Of a stretch of DNA of 64,000 bases, positions 53,502 to 61,900 are shown piece by piece. The notes beneath the pieces are model-generated. The model had not been told where the DNA came from. It searched no databases and saw only the letters and a list, made by a program, of their open reading frames with translations. How positions within the stretch are numbered: the stretch's first letter is position 1; the number at the start of each line of letters is the position of its first letter. Origin of the DNA: Deltaproteobacteria bacterium (GTDB lineage Bacteria; Chloroflexota; Dehalococcoidia; Dehalococcoidales; BS750m-G39). Location: positions 5,205-69,204 of the forward strand of contig JAUVYB010000006.1 in the NCBI GenBank assembly GCA_030603275.1, given 5' to 3'. The position numbers and the translations under genes are program-made.

Positions 53502-54215
53502 TCAATAGGCTCTCATTCTGGCTACCACAAAGAGAATAATTAGCCCCAGGAAAACCGCGCCGCCAACTACTAGCCACAGAACCGGCACACCACCAGAATC
53601 GGCTGAAGGTGATGATGGCGGCAATAATTGTGCTGGCTCGGTTGACCCAGGGGGCAGGGGGGTAGCCTCGGGCGAAGAATGGGCTACCGGGGGTGGGGCG
53701 ACGGCTTGAGAGGCTTCAGTGGCTACCATCACCACACCTTCCACCCACGTTGCCTCTATTTCACCAGCGGTAATATCGCTAAGCACCCCGTTGGATGGGT
53801 TTACCAGGCTGCTGTCGCCAGCCGCACCGATGACATGAAAGTGCATCTCGGCCAGATATCCCGAGCCATTGGCCCCGGTTAATCCCGGGACATTTTGAAT
53901 AACCCGGTATGTCCCCGGGCTAAGCTCATTATAGAGGTCGACCGGTATTTCAGTTGAGCCTATAAACCCCGAGGTAATAGTATCCAGCCGTAGAACCGTG
54001 GCATCAAAGGTGACATCATAGTTACAGGCGTCAAAGTCAGTCACCTCGCTGATACTGATACTGGCGGTAAAGCCGCTATCGGGGTCTACCCCGGAAGGGT
54101 TATCAACGCTCACGGTAACACCCGATGTCGCCGCCACCGGTGGCACTGCCCCACCAACCAGAAGCAGTGCCACCACAACAGCTATAATGCTAAACACTCT
54201 TACTATGCTTTTCAT
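53502..54215 (-). CDS. membrane-anchored cohesin-domain protein (cohesin only, no dockerin)
   Basis: 237 aa. Signal peptide, then a cohesin-like module (FTASISISEVTDFDACNYDVTFDATVLRL...YNELSPGTYRVIQNVPGLTGANGSGYLAEMHFHVIG), a P/S-rich linker and a C-terminal TM segment (VPVLWLVVGGAVFLGLIILFVVARMRAY). The start overlaps the upstream gene's stop (TAATG). Confidence 0.8.
   Translation of the reverse strand: MKSIVRVFSIIAVVVALLLVGGAVPPVAATSGVTVSVDNPSGVDPDSGFTASISISEVTDFDACNYDVTFDATVLRLDTITSGFIGSTEIPVDLYNELSPGTYRVIQNVPGLTGANGSGYLAEMHFHVIGAAGDSSLVNPSNGVLSDITAGEIEATWVEGVVMVATEASQAVAPPPVAHSSPEATPLPPGSTEPAQLLPPSSPSADSGGVPVLWLVVGGAVFLGLIILFVVARMRAY
53715..54125 (-). repeat. cohesin module copy (anchor protein)
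   Basis: Paralogous at protein and DNA level to 54389-54808, 56300-56714 and 58495-58904. Confidence 0.8.
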
Positions 54216-54808
54216 TAATCCAGACCAGCTATTATCCTCTCTACCTTGGTAATATCCAGGGCGTTGACATTGCCATCACCATTGGCATCAGCGCCGGGTG
54301 TCTCAGCATCCAGTCCAGCGATTATCCTTTCCACCTTGGTGATATCCAGGGCGTTAACGGCACCATCGTCATTGGCATCTCCCGGAATTACCGAGGTGAC
54401 ATTTACCGTATCCCCCACCCAGGTGGCGGTTATCTCCACAGCGAGATTATTGGAGAGCATGCCGTTGGAGAGAGTTATAGTGCTGCTGTCACCGCCAGAG
54501 CCGACGACATGGAAGTGCAATACCGCCAGATAGCCGGAGCCAGTTGCCCCGCTCAAGCCAGGAACATTCTGAATAATACGGTATGTCCCCGGGCTTAGCT
54601 CATTATAGAGGTCAACTGGGATTGTCATTGAGCCTATCAACCCCGAGGTTACATCATCCAGCCCTAGAACCGTGGCATCAAAGGCGACATCGTAGTTACA
54701 GGCGTCAAAGTTAGTCACCTCGCTGATATTGACATTGACGGTAAAGTCGCTGTCCTCAAGCACCTCATCATCCGGGGCATCAATGGTCACCGTCACTGAC
54801 ACAGTCTC
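54215..54808 (-). repeat. cohesin-dockerin cassette copy (197 codons)
   Basis: The C-terminal 197 aa of the 615-aa protein. It is homologous to the C-terminal 194 and 193 aa of the next two proteins. Confidence 0.85.
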
Positions 54809-56062
54809 CGCATAAAGACGGACTATCTTCACTGCAGAGCTCATGCCAAAGTCCCAACTATCGTTAAGGAGTATGTACAATACTCCATCACCCCCGACAA
54901 CCGGCCAGTTGGTTGAATAAGAGTGATCCGCTTCGCCCAAATCAAGAGACAGCGTCCACAACTCGGTGCCATCGGAGTTTATGGCTGAAACCGAAGCCCC
55001 GTGGCTCACGTAAATGGTGCCATCGGCACCGACGACCGGAGCGTCACCCGCCGCTGAGCCCAGGCTGTATTCCCAGATTGTACTACCGCTGGCGTCAAGC
55101 GCTGTAAGCTTTTTGTCGCTGTAAGAGCCAGTCTTAACATAGAGGGTGGTTCCGTCAGCAGCTACGGCTCCGGTAGAATAGCTACCATCGAAGAATCGAG
55201 ACCACTGCGACACCCCGCTAGCGTTAAGAGCGGTCATTGTGCCGTCCTGACTGCGATAGACTATGTTGCCGTTGCCAAGGATGTTTGGCCCGTATATTGG
55301 GCGGTCGGGGAGGGCAGTCGTCCACTTAACCGACCCGTCTGAGTTAAGGGCAATGGCACCATGGGCATCATTACCGACATAGATAGTGCCGTCGTCACCG
55401 ATAGCCGGTGAGCAAAAGATTATTCCGCCGGCTGAATATGTCCAGTTTACGCTACCGTCGACAGCCACCGAGCGCAGGTTGTCATCGTAGGCTCCAAAGT
55501 AAACGTTGCCGCTCTGGTCAACAGCCGGTGATGACATATAGGCGCTATCACTCGTCGAGACCGTCCAGACCTCAGCTCCATCGGTCTGGCTTAGCTTGGC
55601 CATCCCGTAATCAGCGGGCGGCCAGTGGGTGCCGAAGTTTATGTAGAGGTAATCTTCGATAACCGCGGCTGTCCCGGAAACACCCTGCATTACCGGTCGG
55701 GTCCACGACCATTTCAGCGTCCCATCGGTGTTAAAGGCATGCAGCCCCTCTTCCCCATTTCTAAGTCCGAGGTAGAGTGTTCCATCCGAGCCTATGGAAA
55801 GCGGCATCTCGGCACCGGAGCCGGGAGTGGTAGCCGTCCAATCAACCTCGGGAAGGGTGGTGGGACCAGTATAAGCACTGCGGTTGGTATGGTGCGGGTC
55901 CAGGCCATAAACGGGATAGGGACTGGAAGCCAGTCCGCGGCTTATCTCGCTACCCGACTCACCCGATGCAACAGGGGGCGCCTCAACCCCCACTGCTACC
56001 GCCGGTATTGAAACCAGCAAAAGCAGCGATATAACCAGCACCGGAAATAAGATTTTACCCAT
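54215..56062 (-). CDS. secreted PQQ-like beta-propeller protein with C-terminal cohesin + double dockerin
   Basis: 615 aa. Signal peptide, then repeated DG(T/S)(L/I)Y(V/L)G...A(F/L)N.DG(T/S).KW blades, then the cohesin module, then GDANDDGAVNALDITKVERIIAGLD and DANGDGNVNALDITKVERIIAGLD (two EF-hand-like dockerin repeats). Confidence 0.8.
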   Translation of the reverse strand: MGKILFPVLVISLLLLVSIPAVAVGVEAPPVASGESGSEISRGLASSPYPVYGLDPHHTNRSAYTGPTTLPEVDWTATTPGSGAEMPLSIGSDGTLYLGLRNGEEGLHAFNTDGTLKWSWTRPVMQGVSGTAAVIEDYLYINFGTHWPPADYGMAKLSQTDGAEVWTVSTSDSAYMSSPAVDQSGNVYFGAYDDNLRSVAVDGSVNWTYSAGGIIFCSPAIGDDGTIYVGNDAHGAIALNSDGSVKWTTALPDRPIYGPNILGNGNIVYRSQDGTMTALNASGVSQWSRFFDGSYSTGAVAADGTTLYVKTGSYSDKKLTALDASGSTIWEYSLGSAAGDAPVVGADGTIYVSHGASVSAINSDGTELWTLSLDLGEADHSYSTNWPVVGGDGVLYILLNDSWDFGMSSAVKIVRLYAETVSVTVTIDAPDDEVLEDSDFTVNVNISEVTNFDACNYDVAFDATVLGLDDVTSGLIGSMTIPVDLYNELSPGTYRIIQNVPGLSGATGSGYLAVLHFHVVGSGGDSSTITLSNGMLSNNLAVEITATWVGDTVNVTSVIPGDANDDGAVNALDITKVERIIAGLDAETPGADANGDGNVNALDITKVERIIAGLD

Positions 56063-56129
56063 TTTCCACCTCCTGTTTTGCCATTTTTTAAGAATACGCT
56101 GGCATTTAGTCCATTTTCACCTCCAATAG

Positions 56130-56714
56130 TTAACCCAGCCCGACAATTATCAGCTCTATCTTGGTAATATCCATAGCGTTGACATTGCCGTCACCATTAG
56201 CGTCAGAGCCGGGGGTCTCAACGTCCAGTCCAACGATAACCCGCTCCACCTTGGTTATATCCAGGGCATTGACCGCACCATCGCCATTGCCGTCACCAGG
56301 CGTCACTGAGGTAATATCCACGGAATCACCAGCCCAGGTCGCTGTTATCTCCCCAGCCTGGTTATCCGATAGCACGCCGTTTGACAGAGATATAGCGCTG
56401 CTATCGCCTTCAGAGCCGATGACATGGAAGTGCAGTACCGCCAGATAGCCGGAGCCGCTTACACCAGCCACACCGGGGACATTCTGGATAACCCGGTATG
56501 TCCCTGAGCTTAGCTCGTTATACATATCAACCGGTACCGCGGTGGAGTCTATCAGCCCTGAGGCTACGTCATCCAAGCGTAACACCGAGGCATCAAAGGT
56601 AATATCATAGTTACAGGAATCAAAGTCGGTGACCTCGCTGATATTGATACTGGCGGTAAAATCGCTATCGGGGGAGACATCATCGGGGGCGTCAATGCTG
56701 ACCGTCACCAGTTC
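56130..56714 (-). repeat. cohesin-dockerin cassette copy (194 codons)
   Basis: See the cassette alignment in findings. Confidence 0.85.
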
Positions 56715-58232
56715 CGGCGGCGCCAATTCGGTGGTAAAGCTCCAAGAGTAAGCCGAGGCCATTGGATTGCCGGCGGCATCGGTTATCGCCGTACTTAAGC
56801 TGGCGGTATAGAAGGTGTCGTAGGCCAAGTCGGCAGACGGGGTAAAGGTAGCGGTATAGGTACCACTATTATAGGAAACGCTACCCGATACACCAGCTAG
56901 GGTAAAGCTGCCGGTGGTTATGGTTGCCGCATCCATCGCCTCGCTGAAGGTAGCCGCTACCACTGTCTCCAAAGACACATCAGTGGCATCTGCTGCCGGT
57001 GAGGTGCTGGCTACGGTGGGTGGGGTGGTATCGGACTCGCCCACCTTTACCAGCCAGACATCACTACCGCCAGCACCATAAGAGCCTGTATCGCCGGTAA
57101 CAATATAGCCGCCATCTGAGGTAACCGCTACCGAGAGGCCATCTTCGTAATTGGAGCCGCCGAAGAATGCATTCCACTCCTCATTCCCATTGGCGTTGGT
57201 CTTTATCAGCCACATTTTTCCATATCCAATACCATAAGAGTAGGTAGTGCCGGTAACAATATAGCCGCCGTCCGGGGTCTGGGCTACCGAGTGGCCGGCA
57301 TCACTGGCAGACTCCCCGCCGAAGGTATTACTCCAGACCTCGTTGCCGCTGGCATCGGTCTTTACCAAGTAGACCTGACCAGTGCCGCCGAAGGAATAGC
57401 TATTGCCGGCAATAATATAGCCGCCATCCGAGGTCTGGACTACTGACTGTCCATAGTCACCGCTGACTCCGCCGAAGATTTCGTTCCACTCTTCATCCCC
57501 ACTGGCATCAGTCTTAATCAGCCAGGCGTTAGCGGAACCATCACCGTAAGAGAAAGTGTAGCCAGCAATAACATAGCCGCCGTCCGAGGTCTGGGCTACT
57601 GACCGTCCATAGTCGTCATTTGAGGTGCCAAAGGTCCGGCTCCACTCCTGAATACCGTAGGCATCGGTCTTTATCAACCAGGCATCATAAGACCCAGCAC
57701 CATGGCTCGAGGTATCGCCAACGATGACATAGCCGCCATCCGAGGTCTGGGCTACCGAGTAGGCAGTGTTGGCTCCCGTACCGCCGAATATCTGGTCCCA
57801 CTCTTCATTGCCGCTAGCATCGGTCTTTATCAACCAGACATCACAATAGCCAGCAAAAGAATAGGTGTAGCCAGCAATAATATAGCCGCCATCCGAGGTC
57901 TGAGCTACCGACTTGCCATAGTCCTGCTCGGAGCCGCCGAAGGTCTGACTCCATTCCTCATTACCGCTAGCATCGGTCTTTATCAACCAGACATCATTAA
58001 GCCCAGCGCCATAAGAGTATGTCTGGCCGGCAATGATATAGCCGCCGTCAGAGGTCTGGGCTACCGAGTTGCCCTGGTCGTGACCCGAGCCGCCAAAGGT
58101 CTGGCTCCATTCCTCCACGGGGGCGCTGCGGGAATCGGGCGGAGTGGTAATCTGCTCACCAGCGGCCGGCAGGGGGAACATGAGCAGAAGAGCGCAGACA
58201 AAGGCTACTAGAAGTATTTTTTGTACTTTCAT
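56130..58232 (-). CDS. secreted 7-blade SBBP-like beta-propeller / Ig-like protein with C-terminal cohesin + double dockerin
   Basis: 700 aa. Signal peptide, then seven ~52-aa repeats (W..TFGG....G.SVAQTSDGGYI.AG.T.S.G.G..D.WLIKTDASGNEEW). A Big_5/SbsA-like Ig region follows (PPTVASTSPAADATDVSLETVVAATFSEAMDAATIT), then the cohesin, then GDGNGDGAVNALDITKVERVIVGLD and DANGDGNVNAMDITKIELIIVGLG. Confidence 0.8.
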   Translation of the reverse strand: MKVQKILLVAFVCALLLMFPLPAAGEQITTPPDSRSAPVEEWSQTFGGSGHDQGNSVAQTSDGGYIIAGQTYSYGAGLNDVWLIKTDASGNEEWSQTFGGSEQDYGKSVAQTSDGGYIIAGYTYSFAGYCDVWLIKTDASGNEEWDQIFGGTGANTAYSVAQTSDGGYVIVGDTSSHGAGSYDAWLIKTDAYGIQEWSRTFGTSNDDYGRSVAQTSDGGYVIAGYTFSYGDGSANAWLIKTDASGDEEWNEIFGGVSGDYGQSVVQTSDGGYIIAGNSYSFGGTGQVYLVKTDASGNEVWSNTFGGESASDAGHSVAQTPDGGYIVTGTTYSYGIGYGKMWLIKTNANGNEEWNAFFGGSNYEDGLSVAVTSDGGYIVTGDTGSYGAGGSDVWLVKVGESDTTPPTVASTSPAADATDVSLETVVAATFSEAMDAATITTGSFTLAGVSGSVSYNSGTYTATFTPSADLAYDTFYTASLSTAITDAAGNPMASAYSWSFTTELAPPELVTVSIDAPDDVSPDSDFTASINISEVTDFDSCNYDITFDASVLRLDDVASGLIDSTAVPVDMYNELSSGTYRVIQNVPGVAGVSGSGYLAVLHFHVIGSEGDSSAISLSNGVLSDNQAGEITATWAGDSVDITSVTPGDGNGDGAVNALDITKVERVIVGLDVETPGSDANGDGNVNAMDITKIELIIVGLG
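57039..58112 (-). repeat. seven tandem ~156-bp coding repeats (propeller blades)
   Basis: DGGY(I/V) occurs 7 times at ~52-aa spacing (aa 41-398 of the 700-aa protein). Confidence 0.8.
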
Positions 58233-58251
58233 AATACCCTCCTAAAACCCC

Positions 58252-58275
58252 CACCCCCCTCTTACGAGGGGGGTG
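58252..58275. terminator. GC-rich hairpin between protease gene and propeller gene (possible terminator / family B-like)
   Basis: CACCCCCCTC (58252-58261), loop TTAC, GAGGGGGGTG (58266-58275). On the minus strand it is followed by GGGGTTTT. The stronger T-run (T7) is on the plus strand, where no gene ends, so the role is uncertain. Confidence 0.35.
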
Positions 58276-58322
58276 ATTTTTTTACTCAGGCTCGTGTTAA
58301 GGTTTGTCTTTAACCAGAATGA

Positions 58323-58904
58323 TTAATCCAGGCCGACGATTATCCTCTCCACCTTGGTGATATCCAGAGCGTTGACATTGCCATCGCCATTGGCATCAGC
58401 GCCAGCTGTCTCAGCGTCCAGGCCGACGATTATCCTCTCCACCTTGGTTATATCGAGGGCATTAACCATGCCATCACCATTGGCATCCCCAGCCAGCGCC
58501 GAAGTGATACTCACCGAATCGCCAACCCAGGTCGCCTCTATCTCTGCCGCCTGAATATCTGATAGCGTGCCGTTAGCGAGACTTATGGCACTACTATCGC
58601 CTTCAGAGCCAATAACATGGAAGTGCAATACCGCCAGATAGCCGGAGCCGCTCACCCCGGCTACACCAGGAACATTCTGAATAACCCGGTATGTCCCTGA
58701 GCTTAGCTCGTTATACATATCAACAGGTATAGTGGTTGAACCTATCAGCCCTGAGGCTATGTCATCCAGCCGCAGTACCAAAGGATCAAAGATAATATCG
58801 TAGTTACAGGAGTCAAAATCGGTGATCTGGCTGATATTAACATTGGCGGTGAAGTCGCTATCAGGTTCAGCTGTAGCCGGGGCATCAACGCTAACCGCAA
58901 CCGC
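58323..58904 (-). repeat. cohesin-dockerin cassette copy (193 codons)
   Basis: See the cassette alignment in findings. Confidence 0.85.
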
Positions 58905-61900
58905 CCCTACCGCTACCACGGTAAAGCCGTCAGTTAGCGTTCCCGTTCCGGCCGAAGTGGTAACTGAAACATCTCTCAGCCCCAAGGTAGCAGTAGTATC
59001 GATAGAGATGTTAGCCGTTATCTCCGCAGCACTGACCACGGTAAAGGAATTGACTGTTATCCCGTCACCAAAGCTTACTGCCGTGGCTCCGGTAAGATTA
59101 GTCCCGCCAATGGTTACCTCCAGAGTCGCCCCCTGCTCCCCGGAATCAGGGCTGACTGAGGTTACCGTCGGTAGCTCAAGAGCACTAACATGCAGGGCCA
59201 CCGGCACGGTTACCGAAGCCTCATCGGGGTCATTACTGGCGATGATTATCTCGGCATTGTAAGTGCCCACACTGAGTCCGGTGGTGTCTATGGTCACCGT
59301 TATGGGGTCTGAGCTAGACGCCGCCACAGCACCCGAAATGGGGCTTTCACTCAGCCAGGAGCAATCTATGCTGCTTACGGTAAAGATGGCTGTTTCCTCA
59401 TCGAGCAGAGTCGCTTCCGAATCATAGACCTTTGCCGTGATAGTGTACTCACCCAGCACGGCTTCCGCCGGCAGGCTATAGGTGAAGTTGCAACTGGCCA
59501 CCTCTCCCGCCTCCACGGTTATCGCCGAGGTGTCATAAAACACCAGCGTACCTTCCGGGTCCTCCACATTGATAGTAACGACGCCGTCGGTAAGGGCGGC
59601 ATCACCGCCATTGCCCACATCCACATAGATGGTCACGTCTTCCTCAGGCAGGTAGCTGGAACTGTCGGTAAATAGCGTCACTATACTTACCTCGGGAGTG
59701 CCGATTATGGCGTCAGTGGTCCCGTAATAGAAGATGACGTCCTGGGATTCACCGGGTGAGAGCGTGCCCAGGTTCCAGTACATGCCTACGGCGGTATCCG
59801 AGGTTATTGACTGCCCGATGGTCGCGGTATAGTCAAAGGGGATGTAATAGATATCCGGCCAGTAAACAAACTGCACCTTATAAGGCTTATTGCCAGTGCT
59901 AAATGTGCAGTTGGAGGTTAGTGTTGGACTGACCAGGCTATCGGTGGCCTGCCAGTAGTCAAACACTGGGTTGTTATACTCCTGTTCGGTGGTGACGTTG
60001 CCCACTCCCGGAACGATAAACGGAGCACCATCGTTGTATGCCAACATGGTATCAAGCATGAAGCGTATCTTTACCTCGTGGCTGGCGGCATCGTTGTTGG
60101 TAATAGTAGCCTGGTATTTAGTGGTGTCTTGCTGTAAGGTCAACCTCAGGGAGACACCCACATCCGTCGGTAGGGACCACTGCGTGGTAATGCTGTTGCC
60201 ATCAACGGCAGGCGCCTGTGTTACATAGCTATCCATGGCAGCATCTTGATCGTAATCGCTACCATCTAACTGAACCGTCATATAGGAGGTGCCAGCGTAG
60301 GGATAGCCGTAAAGCAACAGCTTTTCATCGGCGGTGGCTTCGGTATATCTACCAATGTAACTCAAGTCAGCAACCGCAATACTCATGTCATATTCGGTAT
60401 TACTCAAAGTCAGGTCAGGATTTTTGGAAATGACCTCTTCTTTAACCGTTGCCAGACTGCCCTCAATGCTTATCGGCACCGAGCCGCCGCTTGCCTCCTG
60501 GTCGCTGATGTCATAGGTAAGCTCACTGGTGCCATCGTTGCCAATGGTCAGGATATAATCCTCTGTGGTATCAGGAGCTAACGTTACTTCATAGCTGGTC
60601 GGTGATACACTGATGTCAGGCACAGATGGAGATGTAAAGAGGATGGCATAGAGGAATTCATCCCAGTGGGTATCGTTGGTAAACAAGACGTCAGTCTCGT
60701 AGTCAGAGTAGTAATTGGCCGAAGTTTCCGGGTAGTAAATGGACAGCCCGTGAGAGTTGCCCACTGATGCCGTATGGCCTTCGGCAATAACAGCGTTAGT
60801 TATCGCCGTCATCACGTCACTGGCGGCATCTCTGACCGCCTGACTTATAGTGGCATCCTGATTTACCAGCTGGGCAAAGTGATAGAGATCGATATAGTAG
60901 TAATAGTAGTATTCCTGGGCTGAGCTTCTGGCCGTACTGATGGCAGTCCAATCACCGGGGGCGTTGGTCATGGCTACAGCAAAGCTGTCAACGGCGGTTG
61001 CCAGCGCTTCCATATAATCTAAGTCCACCGCCGACTGAGTTATATCCCAGCTCGAACTATAGGAGATTACGTAGTCGTTAACTATCTGGGTACCCAGCTC
61101 TGCTGGTGTCATCGTTGGGTCGGCGGTCAGGGCGGTGAGAGTGGCGGCATAATCCCAACCGTCGCCGGGTTCGGTTTCCTCCGAGCCCACGGTTATGTCA
61201 ACCAGAGGACGGCTGGCACTGCCCATCACCTGATAAGCCACCTCGACCATTTGCATCAGGCAGGCATCAAAGCCAACGATATCCAGCGTTTTGCCGGTGC
61301 TAAGGTTGGCCGCATTAAGGGCGCTGCGGAGTTCGGTCATGGTCAGTTCGTCACCAGACTCGTCATCAACGCAGATGGACTTTACCGCCTCACCATCGCT
61401 ATCTCTCCCCCTCCAGCCGCTGCCGTGGTTCCAAAGCACCAGGGCATAATGCTGGGCGGGATAGTTTGCCACCGCCCACTCGATAAAACTCGTCAGTGTC
61501 GCCGGGTCGCCCATATTCACCTCTCCCAGGTCTTCGATCACCGGGGAGTTAATAATCAACTGGTCGGTATCCTGAGTGACGTATAACCGCTTGGTGCCGG
61601 TCCAGTTCCCGTTGGTGGTGTCATCGGCATAGTCGCGCTCAGCGCGGTCCATCTGAACCACGATTGCGACGTCATCGGTAGAGCCGGCAACTTCCATCTC
61701 GTTCATATCATCTATGCCGGCACTCTCCAGGTTATTATCGGCATCAAGGTAAACCATAAACAGCCAGTCCACTTCAAACTCGGAGGCGGTGGCATCTACC
61801 GCCGCCTGGATATCGAGCAGGCCATAGCCGTCTATATTATTGTTGGCGTCCACCGAACTAGCTGTTGACTGGAGCAGGTTCCTGACATCGGCCGGATGCC

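Noticed and set aside
58233-58322. A small ORF or regulatory RNA in the 90-nt gap between the protease and propeller genes.
   Set aside because: The gap contains only the GC hairpin (58252-58275) and the SD for the next gene. There is no start codon with an SD and no conserved repeat arm beyond the hairpin.
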